DNA from: a virus
IMG/VR virus record: IMGVR_UViG_3300049846_002130
Coordinates: 32,001-96,000 of that record
Direction: 5' to 3' (one strand)
DNA: 64,000 bases
Made by a program: the position numbers and the translations under genes. Positions 46,624 to 56,080 of this stretch are shown here, piece after piece. Each line of letters opens with the position of its first letter. Position 1 is the first letter of the stretch. The notes beneath the pieces are model-generated. The model made no database searches, was not told the origin of the DNA, and was given only the letters and a program-made list of their open reading frames with translations.

Positions 46624-49538
46624 TGTCAACATCAAAACTACTTCCTAAAGATTTATTTAAGGTAGCTTCTTTTAAAGCTGTTCTTGCTCGCAATCAGGAT
46701 GCTTGGAGAAGTTCATCAACACTAGAAGATCGGCTTGTGAAAGAGGCTAAAGCTTTAGATTACTTTTTTGATGTCGAAGACAACCATATTGATTACTCCC
46801 CGATAACCCAGTTTGAGTCACCAGATATACAATATCTATCGTCTGTATACGATATGCTTGCTAATTTCAGTGTTAGTAATCGTGCGAAGTACTCTGTGTT
46901 GGCTGACTTATATCTAAATAAATATAACAACAATACTTTGCTTCTTCAGGATCTTCTCAATCAGGTTCGACGCATAAAACAAAAGCATGCTGTAATTAGT
47001 TTGGGTAACAGTAATTTTAGAAAATATGTTGTTGGTGATAGTTTTCTTTCGTTGACTAATCTAGATTATGGGTTCTGCGGTGGAACAAATGCAGAGTTAG
47101 ATCCTATAGCGGGGGCAGCCCACCTACCTGTAACTTTAAGACAACAGCAAACACCAACTAATGTTTTGCTGGGTAGTGAGTCTAATGGGGCAGCTGGAAG
47201 CTCAGACCCAGAAGTAGACTCTACAAACCAAAAGCTTGATAACCTACTAAGCTCAAATAATACTCAGTCTTTCTTTTACGAGCGTTTACAGCAGGGGCCA
47301 TGTAAGCTAGCTCTAACCTTCCAGTTCAATAGACCAACACTTATAAACCAGTTTATTATTAATTTAAACAACATTGATGATGGTGTTGTCCCAGAATTAG
47401 CTAAGGTAAGTTTTGTTACCGCTGACAATCAAAACATAAACTTTAAAGACTTAACAGAACAGAGTATTAAAAGTATTACTCGTGCTGACAATGAGATTGG
47501 GGCTTTATTCCCTCCGATAGAAGTTGTATCGGTTAGCTTCTTGTTAACTCAAAGTAGTGCTGTGTCCTTATTAAATGCTGCGGGCAAGACTATAAAGCAA
47601 TTTGCCATTGTTGTAGACAGTGTTGAGTTTTGGTTAAACCAATATTCGGCTACAGGCTTAATTAATAGTCAACCTGTAGAACTTCCAGCAGGGCTTTTTG
47701 CTTTTGAGCCAGTAATCGAATACTATCCTTCTACTCAAGAATTCTTTGACTTAATTTTAGATGTATCTTTTGATGGGGGAGTTACCTGGACCAAAGTAGC
47801 GGATGAGAACAAAGTGGATATCTCTTTGGTAGAAAGCAGAAACTTTTTGTGGAGATTACGAATAGATCGGATCGATAGTGCTTTTTCTTCTTACTCTTCG
47901 TTTTTAGCAACTGCATTTGACTCAGTTAAACGTAAGTTTATACAAAAGTCTGTTATACCAAATGTTAGTCCTTATAGCTTATCTTTAACTTCAAAGCCTA
48001 AAGGTGAAGAGGATATCTATGTCTGGCAGCCAAAACTTCTTCCTCGTAATGATATTAGCAATGGATTTAAGATTGGGGTTGCCTCTTCTGTTCAGACAAA
48101 AGTAAAGCTACCTTTTGATACTGCGTTCATAGAACCTACTGATTTGAAGATATCTATTGGATCAAATGAGTTGGTATATGTTACACCTGGTAATACTCCA
48201 ACTGGAGAAGAGTGGACATATACAGACGACTTTAAGTCTATTGTTTTAGGTAGTGATGTGGTCTCTGGAGCAATAATTTATGCATCACTTGAGCCAGAAC
48301 AAATACAATTGGTCGATACTTCTGAAGGCTATTTGGCTACTCCTAGCTATCCATTTGATACTGATAAGTCTTGTATCAAGCTCAAAGCTTTTGAACCAAA
48401 GCTTACCCGGAGTACCCTGGTATTACCAAAGTTTAAAACTGTTATCCGACTTGGTAATAGAAATATTAAGCCTAGTAGCTTTGAGTTAATCAGTGCTGCT
48501 GGAGATACCTGGACAGAAGGAATTGATAGGCCAGATATAGACGGTGAGACCGATCAATATTACTTAGATGCTCCTAATGGTGTTCTATACCTAAGTAATA
48601 TTGTTGGAGAGGACAGTGTTAGTGTTAGTTATCAACACTATCAAGATAAAATCTTGTCTGATGAAGACTATGATATCTACTACTCTGGAGCAGTACCTGT
48701 TGGATTTTTGATTCAGAAGAAAGCTCTTCCTGTACAAACAGTAGCAGAAAGAATTGGTAGTTCTCTGATATCAACACTCAATCCTATAACAGGTACCCAC
48801 GAACAAAGACCAACCTATATCGCTTCTTCTTCAACAAGTAAACAATTAGGCTATAAAAATATTATCAAGGGCTCACTACACCATAAGAAAGATCTACTTG
48901 CAAATAATCTTTTAGTAGAAGAAGTAGACTATGTTGATGGTAAGTCAGAGTTTCTAGGTTTGATTAAAGTAGATAAAGAGCTAACAAATGAACAGGAGGC
49001 TGACGGCAGCGGATTGGTATCGTTTTACTTAGGGGCTCGGAGTTTATGGTATAGAGATTTTGGCGTAAGCTTTTCTAGCTCTTATTTCACAACTATGCTT
49101 TCTCCAGGAAGCTCTTTGTCTACAGGTGAATACTATATCCAAAAGAGTGGTCTAGTTGTTGTGAAGGTAGGTGTTGGGAATACCTTGCCCGGGGATATAG
49201 CTTATAGCTACTATTATCGTTCTGAAGAGGCTGACCCTGATAATAAGATATCTGTTGACTACACAAATGGAATTCTTTACTCATACTCTGATCTAAACGA
49301 AGATAGCCAGATTAGTTATTCGGTTTGCCCAACATTGGCCTACTACGATATAGTAAAGCCACTTGCATTTGAATATGATAAGACCAGTAACCAGTTACAG
49401 TTTAGTACCCTTGGTATGGACCCAACAAATAGTTTTGTTAAGGTCTCGTGGATTGAGGCTCCTTTCGATTTAAGTCCAAGTCAGATTAAAGAAAACTTTA
49501 CACCCGTTGTTTCGAGAGTAGGATTTAGGTTTAATTAA
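46623..49538 (+). CDS. Baseplate/virion structural protein (paralog 2 of 3)
   Basis: 971 aa with the same layout plus several YxxDxxxG beta modules. Confidence 0.5.
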   Translation: MSTSKLLPKDLFKVASFKAVLARNQDAWRSSSTLEDRLVKEAKALDYFFDVEDNHIDYSPITQFESPDIQYLSSVYDMLANFSVSNRAKYSVLADLYLNKYNNNTLLLQDLLNQVRRIKQKHAVISLGNSNFRKYVVGDSFLSLTNLDYGFCGGTNAELDPIAGAAHLPVTLRQQQTPTNVLLGSESNGAAGSSDPEVDSTNQKLDNLLSSNNTQSFFYERLQQGPCKLALTFQFNRPTLINQFIINLNNIDDGVVPELAKVSFVTADNQNINFKDLTEQSIKSITRADNEIGALFPPIEVVSVSFLLTQSSAVSLLNAAGKTIKQFAIVVDSVEFWLNQYSATGLINSQPVELPAGLFAFEPVIEYYPSTQEFFDLILDVSFDGGVTWTKVADENKVDISLVESRNFLWRLRIDRIDSAFSSYSSFLATAFDSVKRKFIQKSVIPNVSPYSLSLTSKPKGEEDIYVWQPKLLPRNDISNGFKIGVASSVQTKVKLPFDTAFIEPTDLKISIGSNELVYVTPGNTPTGEEWTYTDDFKSIVLGSDVVSGAIIYASLEPEQIQLVDTSEGYLATPSYPFDTDKSCIKLKAFEPKLTRSTLVLPKFKTVIRLGNRNIKPSSFELISAAGDTWTEGIDRPDIDGETDQYYLDAPNGVLYLSNIVGEDSVSVSYQHYQDKILSDEDYDIYYSGAVPVGFLIQKKALPVQTVAERIGSSLISTLNPITGTHEQRPTYIASSSTSKQLGYKNIIKGSLHHKKDLLANNLLVEEVDYVDGKSEFLGLIKVDKELTNEQEADGSGLVSFYLGARSLWYRDFGVSFSSSYFTTMLSPGSSLSTGEYYIQKSGLVVVKVGVGNTLPGDIAYSYYYRSEEADPDNKISVDYTNGILYSYSDLNEDSQISYSVCPTLAYYDIVKPLAFEYDKTSNQLQFSTLGMDPTNSFVKVSWIEAPFDLSPSQIKENFTPVVSRVGFRFN

Positions 49539-51502
49539 TGAATTACGAGTCTCAAATAAAAGAACTAGTAATCAAAGAGTTTGTATCTGAGAATAATAGG
49601 GTACCCACTCTTCTTGAACTAAAGCAACTTATAGCTGACCACAAAACAAAGTATCCAAATCTCTCTGTTGTTGGTAGGTCTGGGTATGAGGTTGTAAAAC
49701 CAAGTTTTATGTCGGTATCTAGTAGTACCGATGAAAATCAAAATACCGACTCTCTTACTAGTGACTTTATTTTAGCTAGTAAACGAATAGACTACTTAGC
49801 TGAACAACTTGTTTCTACTGATATTGGTTTGAGTTCCACTGTACGTAAGTTGCAGCGAGAGCTTAATACACTAGAGGGCCGACTTGATAATATCTTACTT
49901 TTTACTCAAGAGGACAATCCGTTCTTAATTGGTATCGAGGAGAACTTTGCCAATGGAGATAAGTTTGATTTTAGTAGGAGCACAGCTTCTCTTGAGAGTT
50001 TTGGACTCACCTCTGGTCGTAGAAGTCTTACTCCGCTTAATTTAAAAAACACTAATATTACTTATAGTACAAGTTCAAATAAGGGTTACTTATCTTTCTT
50101 TAATAATTCAACTACTGATTCTTTAAAGGAAGACGATGGCATTACTTGGACTCATCAGGTTTATACTAACTACTCTTCAGGCAGAGTTACATTACAACTA
50201 AATGTTAATTTAAATTCTGAAGAATATGTTTCTAATATAAGGTTAGTGTTTGCTTCATTTAGTAAAGATAGCAACATGCAGGTTTCTACATCATATAGTG
50301 TTGATGGTAAGACCTATTTAACTCTTGAGCCAGCAGAGGTTTCAGTTACTAATCATGAGTACTCTGTAGATGTCGGAATTGGCGGTGTACAAAAGATAAG
50401 ATTTTTAATTAGTAAAGAGTTTGCTGATGCTAAAACAAGTGTTGGTCAACAGCATGTATATCATTTTTCGATTGATAGTTTAAAAATCTATACCAGTGAT
50501 TATTCTGCTGGAGATTCTATTGCTTATCTTGGGCCGTATGAAATGCTTGACGACAGGCTTAATGAATATAATTTTACAAAAGCAACTTGTGAGTTATGTC
50601 TTACTTCTGGTGATAATACAGCTGCAAATGTTTTTCTAAGTAAAGATAATATAACTTATTTCCCATTAAAGAATTCTAACGATTATGTAATTTTTGGAAG
50701 TAGTATAAGTGACTCTAGTGGAAGTCAGATTTCGGAAACAAGTGCCCGCTATTTATTAGTTGATGATAGTGAGTGCGAATACAACTCTTCTAAAGAAGGT
50801 ATCTTAAACTTCTATATACCAACTACATATACTGATCGAGTAATTCCCAAAACACTTTTAGTTAAAAGAAACATAGTCGTTTCTGATAGCTTGGATTTTA
50901 TTGATGGCGTTGATCCTGGTTGGGTTATCAAAGATAGTCTCTATAGAACAACTATATTTGTAGACAATCCTGGTGGGACTGTTATTGATTTGGGACCGAC
51001 AACTGCATATCTAAATGATATAGAGGTTACCGGTAAGGTTTCTTTACCTTATGGTTATTCTGTTTTTGCTACTGGTGCTAATAATTGGCGAGAGATAGAT
51101 ACTGGTGCTTTGTCTCTTGGGGACCTGAAAAACAAAGACAAGCTTTATCCCTATAACCACAAATTAATTATTGAAGGTTATTCTTATCCAAAGGCTTTTA
51201 ATGGCGAGAAAGTTTACTTTGGTTATCAACATTTTGGGCACTATATGAAGTATGTGCCTGCTAGTTATTTTGATTCAGTTGGATATGATCCAACTATATT
51301 TACTTATGAGGAAGTTCCAAGTGGTTGGAAGTTTAAAGTAAAAGTTGATAAGAGTAGAAATAACTGGGCACTAGAAAAGTTTAGTGGAGAGTGGCGACTT
51401 CAAGATACAAGTGGAAATGATTTATGGGTAAAGATTCTTTTAAGGGGAAAAACAAAAGCAAGATCTGCTATTGTTAACTCATTCAAGTTGAGGGTTATTT
51501 AA
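49538..51502 (+). CDS. Baseplate/virion structural protein (paralog 3 of 3)
   Basis: 654 aa, coiled coil (VRKLQRELNTLEGRLDN) followed by a discoidin-like segment (SYSVDGKTY). Confidence 0.5.
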   Translation: MNYESQIKELVIKEFVSENNRVPTLLELKQLIADHKTKYPNLSVVGRSGYEVVKPSFMSVSSSTDENQNTDSLTSDFILASKRIDYLAEQLVSTDIGLSSTVRKLQRELNTLEGRLDNILLFTQEDNPFLIGIEENFANGDKFDFSRSTASLESFGLTSGRRSLTPLNLKNTNITYSTSSNKGYLSFFNNSTTDSLKEDDGITWTHQVYTNYSSGRVTLQLNVNLNSEEYVSNIRLVFASFSKDSNMQVSTSYSVDGKTYLTLEPAEVSVTNHEYSVDVGIGGVQKIRFLISKEFADAKTSVGQQHVYHFSIDSLKIYTSDYSAGDSIAYLGPYEMLDDRLNEYNFTKATCELCLTSGDNTAANVFLSKDNITYFPLKNSNDYVIFGSSISDSSGSQISETSARYLLVDDSECEYNSSKEGILNFYIPTTYTDRVIPKTLLVKRNIVVSDSLDFIDGVDPGWVIKDSLYRTTIFVDNPGGTVIDLGPTTAYLNDIEVTGKVSLPYGYSVFATGANNWREIDTGALSLGDLKNKDKLYPYNHKLIIEGYSYPKAFNGEKVYFGYQHFGHYMKYVPASYFDSVGYDPTIFTYEEVPSGWKFKVKVDKSRNNWALEKFSGEWRLQDTSGNDLWVKILLRGKTKARSAIVNSFKLRVI

Positions 51503-52773
51503 TGTCTAATGTAAGTGATATTGCTTCCACTTTAGTTCAACGATCGGGTATGACTGTAGCTTGGACAAGTACAGCATCGTTAAATAGATTTCAGAATGCT
51601 ATTCAAACAGACATTGCTGGTCTAATAGGACAAATTAATACAGTTTACTACCCTTTAATTTCTAGTTTAGTAACAGATAATGTAGATGTCTTTGATCTTG
51701 GCCTTTCTGGAAATACACTGTATTCTGATGTCGAGGCAACTACTGGTAGTGGGCGCTATCTTTATAGTGCTGATCTTAATAGAAAGCTTTCTATTAAAGA
51801 GTCTATAGATGCTTTAGGTACAGCAATTGACTCTGTGGCGGCAACCACATTGGCTACAGCTACAACAGATTGGCCAGGAGATACGTTCTTAGAGTCTCTA
51901 GATGCCTTTCAGTCTAGCATTGATACTCAGCAAGCCAATCTAGTTCAACTTAAAGTGGATACTTTTGGTAGTGAATATTCTTTAAATGGAGATGGTATTG
52001 GGATATTAAGTTATCCGCTATCTCAATATGTAGATGCTTTGGGTGTCTTCTTTAGTGGGTTTCCTGTTACAGGTAATACCTATACTTCTACTTTTCCAAC
52101 CTTAACATTTTCTGTACCGATAAGTAGTTTAACCTTTGATGTAACTATAGCTCAAAGTTCCATAACAGATTTGTCTACAGATTTAGGTAGTATTCGTAGC
52201 TTTGTTGGAATGGCGACAGTTTCGGAGACCCCAACATATAGTGATCATGGAGATATTACATATGTCTCTGATGGCCAGTCTTTAGAAGAAGCTATTCAGG
52301 TACTTGATGAACAGATAAGCTCTGTAGTGTCTGATCTTTTGGTAACTAAAAATGCTTTTACTGACACTAGTTACTATACCCTTACAACAGATGGGGCTGC
52401 TGTAACTTCTAGTAATATTCTTGTTCTTCCCCAACATAGTGCGGGTTGGCTTAATATTGATTGGGTTACTATGTATTCTGATGGTGGCGGCACACAGAGA
52501 ACAGCGGGGGGCACTCTATATGCTTTAGCTTATAGAACTACAGGCGCTGTTACCGTGGTGGATTATTCTCGCTCGGAAATGACAGATAGTGCAGCTAATG
52601 CGGGCGAACTAACAATAGCTACTGCCGCTACGGTGGCGGCACCAAAACTAATAACTAGTGGTACTGTAACTGGTGGTGTTGAATTTCAATTAGCTTTGAC
52701 TACTGGTGCTGGTAATCCAACTAAAGCTGTCGCTCGTATCAGATATACTACAGTTACCAATACTGGCCCCTAA
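51502..52773 (+). CDS. Fibre/collar-like structural protein
   Basis: 423 aa, Thr/Ser/Ala-rich. YVSDGQSLEEAIQVLDEQI resembles short coiled-coil motifs seen in phage fibres. Confidence 0.45.
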   Translation: MSNVSDIASTLVQRSGMTVAWTSTASLNRFQNAIQTDIAGLIGQINTVYYPLISSLVTDNVDVFDLGLSGNTLYSDVEATTGSGRYLYSADLNRKLSIKESIDALGTAIDSVAATTLATATTDWPGDTFLESLDAFQSSIDTQQANLVQLKVDTFGSEYSLNGDGIGILSYPLSQYVDALGVFFSGFPVTGNTYTSTFPTLTFSVPISSLTFDVTIAQSSITDLSTDLGSIRSFVGMATVSETPTYSDHGDITYVSDGQSLEEAIQVLDEQISSVVSDLLVTKNAFTDTSYYTLTTDGAAVTSSNILVLPQHSAGWLNIDWVTMYSDGGGTQRTAGGTLYALAYRTTGAVTVVDYSRSEMTDSAANAGELTIATAATVAAPKLITSGTVTGGVEFQLALTTGAGNPTKAVARIRYTTVTNTGP

Positions 52774-53759
52774 TGCGTAGGAACCAGCGGGTATTGTTAG
52801 CTAAGCAGCCACACCAAGTCCTAGCTGCCAGGAAAGCCAGCTCGGCAGCAACTAGGGAGAATGTTTGGTCTTTCCTAAAAGAAAGACCAAACGCTAACAT
52901 CTTGGTGATTAGAGCCCTTGGTGGGATTGGAGATGTCTTAATGACAACCCCAGCTGTCCGCCAACTTAAAGAAGATTATCCCGGCTGTAGCATAACCTAT
53001 GCCACTGATAGAGATCCGGGTTCGGGCAATGTATATTATGATATCCTAAAGAACGCAGGATTCATAAATAACATTGTTGATGCCAAGCTAATCAATAGAG
53101 ATAGATTTGATAAGTATATTGACATAAGTTCTGTTTGCCTTAAATATGAACATTCTGATTTACCCATAATAAACCGTATTGATATCTTTTCTAAATCAAT
53201 AGGAAACCCTAGGCTTAAAAATCCTTTACCATTCTATAAGGTAGAGGAGTCAGAGCGAGCGGCTGCTCAACATAGAGTGCCACAGAATACAAGCTTAGTG
53301 TTTTATCATACAGCTTCGTTTGATTCTAAACGGACCTGGCCAGTGTTAAATCAACTACAGTTTCTTAAGTTAATGAATCAGCGGATGCCTAATATAAAAA
53401 TTCTTTTGTCTGATTTCAATAATCTAATTAAGAACAAGCAAGAATATCCTAATTGTTTAGACATATCATCATTACCTATTCGTGAAAAGGCTGCTCTAAT
53501 TGAGAGAAGTAATCTCTTTGTTGGGCCAGACTCAGGACTTCTGCATCTTGCGGGTGCGCTTAAAAAGAAAGGACTTGCCTTGTTCGGTAGCATTCCCCCA
53601 CAAGCGCGGATTAATTACTATCAAGGTATTTCTGCACTAACTGTAAATCCAAAGTTGTCTTGTCAATATTGTATTTATAAACCATGTTCTATAAACTTTA
53701 AGTGTATGTCGGATATACGTCCAGAGCACTTGGTCAATAAGATTCAAGAATTGATTTAG
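52773..53759 (+). CDS. Glycosyltransferase family 9 (heptosyltransferase-like)
   Basis: ILVIRALGGIGDVLMTTPAVRQLK and LFVGPDSGLLHLAGAL..LALFG motifs, plus C-terminal CxxC...C...CM Cys cluster. Confidence 0.9.
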   Translation: MRRNQRVLLAKQPHQVLAARKASSAATRENVWSFLKERPNANILVIRALGGIGDVLMTTPAVRQLKEDYPGCSITYATDRDPGSGNVYYDILKNAGFINNIVDAKLINRDRFDKYIDISSVCLKYEHSDLPIINRIDIFSKSIGNPRLKNPLPFYKVEESERAAAQHRVPQNTSLVFYHTASFDSKRTWPVLNQLQFLKLMNQRMPNIKILLSDFNNLIKNKQEYPNCLDISSLPIREKAALIERSNLFVGPDSGLLHLAGALKKKGLALFGSIPPQARINYYQGISALTVNPKLSCQYCIYKPCSINFKCMSDIRPEHLVNKIQELI

Positions 53760-53767
53760 GAGATATA

Positions 53768-54511
53768 ATGAAGAGTCTTAACGTAAGAGGTATCCCTTTC
53801 TTCGCTCGCGAAGGTACAGTAGATGAGGGAGTTATTCATGAAGTAGTTGAAGGTGATGTATATCAGCTAGACAAGATAACTCTTCGACCTAATCCCAATA
53901 TTGTAGATGTTGGGGGACACATAGGATCCTTTACTAAGCTAGCTGCATGGAAATGGCCTCATGGAACTTTCTTCGTGTATGAGGCCAATCCTAGAAATTG
54001 GGAAGTCTTAGATGCAAACCTACAGGACATTTCTAATAAGACTTCTATTTTTCATGGGGCCTGTGTTGGTGAAATACCAGTGAACAAACGAATTGTAATT
54101 AGTAAGGATGAGGCCGATAGGATTACTGGGGGCTGGGGAATAGTCTTTACTTCAACTGCATATGAAGAATCTTCTGATTCGGCAACAGAAACAATTGACA
54201 ACTTCTATTCTTTATCGGATTTACTTCCAGCTTTAGATAAAGTGGATATCCTCAAATTAGATTGTGAGGGGAGTGAGTTTAGTATTATTGGAGCTTTAAC
54301 AAAAGAAGAGCTTTATAATATTGATTATATTGTTGCTGAGGTTCATGTCGGAGCCACAAGTCATACGCCAATAAAATATCCAGAGTTTAGGGCAAAAATT
54401 TTACGTCAGTTTGTATGCCCTCAACTTGAGGCCCGTAGGGTTGTCGCTCCTAATGATATCTTTAATATTGTTGCCTGTAATCGCAAGTTAATACCTTCGA
54501 GACAGCAATGA
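53768..54511 (+). CDS. FkbM-family SAM-dependent methyltransferase
   Basis: IVDVGGHIGSF, YEANPRN and ILKLDCEGSE motifs. Confidence 0.9.
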   Translation: MKSLNVRGIPFFAREGTVDEGVIHEVVEGDVYQLDKITLRPNPNIVDVGGHIGSFTKLAAWKWPHGTFFVYEANPRNWEVLDANLQDISNKTSIFHGACVGEIPVNKRIVISKDEADRITGGWGIVFTSTAYEESSDSATETIDNFYSLSDLLPALDKVDILKLDCEGSEFSIIGALTKEELYNIDYIVAEVHVGATSHTPIKYPEFRAKILRQFVCPQLEARRVVAPNDIFNIVACNRKLIPSRQQ

Positions 54512-54846
54512 GATTCTGTTTTGATCTAGATGGTACCCTGTGCAAAGGTTTACCATACGAAGGAGCAGAGCCCCTTCCCGGAGCAAGAGAACTGTTGCTT
54601 CGATTGAAAGAAAAGGGACATACTATAATTATACAAACTGCTAGAGGTATGGGGACCTCTGCTGGAAATCAGGGTACTGCATTAAGTAAGATAGGACTGT
54701 TAACATTTGAACAGCTCCAAAGATGGGGCTTTGTTTATGATGAGTTATGGTTTGGTAAACCAGCAGCCGATAAGTATATTGATGACAAATCTTGTCAATC
54801 AATTCTTGACTTACTTGAGGATCCAGCCCTATGTCAGATCATTTAG
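54508..54846 (+). CDS. HAD-family phosphatase (capsule-biosynthesis type)
   Basis: FCFDLDGTL, QTARG and GKPAADKYIDDK motifs. No cap domain, 112 aa. Confidence 0.85.
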   Translation: MRFCFDLDGTLCKGLPYEGAEPLPGARELLLRLKEKGHTIIIQTARGMGTSAGNQGTALSKIGLLTFEQLQRWGFVYDELWFGKPAADKYIDDKSCQSILDLLEDPALCQII

Positions 54847-55145
54847 TAGTAGAGTATAGATTACAAGTTCTTGAGGAAAACCTTGAGAAGAGCCACGATC
54901 GTCTTTCTGATAAACTAGATACAACAATTGAAAAGCTTGGTCAGGCCACAACAGCTCTTGCTGTGCTAGACGGAAGACTCGAAGCTTTAGAAACAATGAG
55001 CCATGAACTAATTCCACTTAAGGATAGTGTAGCTAATCTTAGTTATAAAATGAAGTACCAGCTGGCACCTGGGGCATTAGGTGGAGGTATAATGACTGCG
55101 GTTATTGAATTAATTCGGGTACTTATGGATAAGCTATGGCAATAA
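54831..55145 (+). CDS. Holin-like protein (coiled coil plus one C-terminal hydrophobic helix)
   Basis: 104 aa with heptad repeats followed by LAPGALGGGIMTAVIELIRVL. Lies at the end of the late operon. Confidence 0.45.
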   Translation: MSDHLVVEYRLQVLEENLEKSHDRLSDKLDTTIEKLGQATTALAVLDGRLEALETMSHELIPLKDSVANLSYKMKYQLAPGALGGGIMTAVIELIRVLMDKLWQ

Positions 55146-55354
55146 CTGATGATCAGTATGATAGGTTAGTAAATCGTATTACTAGATTAGAAGAGACTTG
55201 TAATAACCTAATCGTTGCACAGTCTAGACTGATAAGTCTTACACAAGTAAATCAATTACTTACTTTAATACAAACACAAGTACAAGACCTTTCTGAACAA
55301 GTAGAAGCTCTTGAGGATAGGGTAAGTAGCATAGAAGAAGAGCCCCTCTCCTAG
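55136..55354 (+). CDS. Small coiled-coil hypothetical protein
   Basis: 72 aa with heptad repeats. Last gene on the + strand. Confidence 0.6.
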   Translation: MAITDDQYDRLVNRITRLEETCNNLIVAQSRLISLTQVNQLLTLIQTQVQDLSEQVEALEDRVSSIEEEPLS

Positions 55355-55377
55355 TCTCTAAGACTGTGAGGGGGCTC
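55340..55377. terminator. Composite hairpin at the convergence of the two gene blocks
   Basis: GAGCCCC(T)CTC pairs with GAGGGGGCTC around an inner AGTCT-CTA-AGACT stem. No U tract on either strand. Confidence 0.35.
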
Positions 55378-55557
55378 GCTAGTGGTGGGTAGGAGCCTTA
55401 AAGATAAAGCTTCTACTCTTTTTTCCATTGAGGCTATTTGCTTAAGTTGTTCTTCTATTTTTGATAGGACGACTGTTAGCAGATCAAGCTTGATAGTTAA
55501 GCTTTTACTCTGTTCTTCTAATTGGTTTAGTCTGCTTTCTAATTGGTGTGATTCCAT
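55351..55557 (-). CDS. Small coiled-coil hypothetical protein
   Basis: 68 aa with GGAG RBS and heptad repeats. Its TAG shares the CTAG palindrome with the opposing gene's TAG. Confidence 0.5.
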   Translation of the reverse strand: MESHQLESRLNQLEEQSKSLTIKLDLLTVVLSKIEEQLKQIASMEKRVEALSLRLLPTTSEPPHSLRD

Positions 55558-56080
55558 ACCAAGGCTCCCAATCTGTAGAAGTAACTTTATCCCCAGGAGA
55601 TTTACCAGCGTAAAGACCAGCAGCTAAATCTTCTGCTGTAACAGTTGTTGTCCTGGAAAACTTTTTGGTCTTATCATTAGTTATATAAATACCATCTGGC
55701 TTTACTCTAATACTAACAAGCTTTTCAGTAGAGATGATATTTGCTAGCTGGTCAGCTAATGTAAATCTTCCATTTGGTGTACTGTGCCAAATAGGCTTTG
55801 GTTCTGTTTTTTGAAAGATTTCTTTTCTTATCTCTGGACCGGCAAACCTGTCTGGGTCTTTAGCAAAAGATAAGATGAATTCTGAGAACTCTGCTTTTGC
55901 TCTAAGCCAAGTGTAAATAGCATTCCGTAAGGTCTCCTTTGAGGAGATAACTGAAATTAATTCTTTACCTCCAGGAATGACATGCTTTTCCATTTCTGTT
56001 TTTCTTTTTGTTAATAGGCCAACGATAGCTCCCTGATCAGAGAGACTTGGATCGTTGAATACCTCATACCTTGTTTTCAT
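55505..56080 (-). CDS. Hypothetical protein
   Basis: 191 aa with AAGGAG RBS. No recognised motif. Confidence 0.7.
   Translation of the reverse strand: MKTRYEVFNDPSLSDQGAIVGLLTKRKTEMEKHVIPGGKELISVISSKETLRNAIYTWLRAKAEFSEFILSFAKDPDRFAGPEIRKEIFQKTEPKPIWHSTPNGRFTLADQLANIISTEKLVSIRVKPDGIYITNDKTKKFSRTTTVTAEDLAAGLYAGKSPGDKVTSTDWEPWYGITPIRKQTKPIRRTE

Noticed and set aside
588-54000. Short antisense and alternate-frame ORFs in the ORF track (e.g. 588-872, 8018-8320, 21377-21841, 28415-28819)
   Set aside because: They lie wholly inside long, well-supported genes and lack RBSs or motifs, as expected for shadow ORFs.
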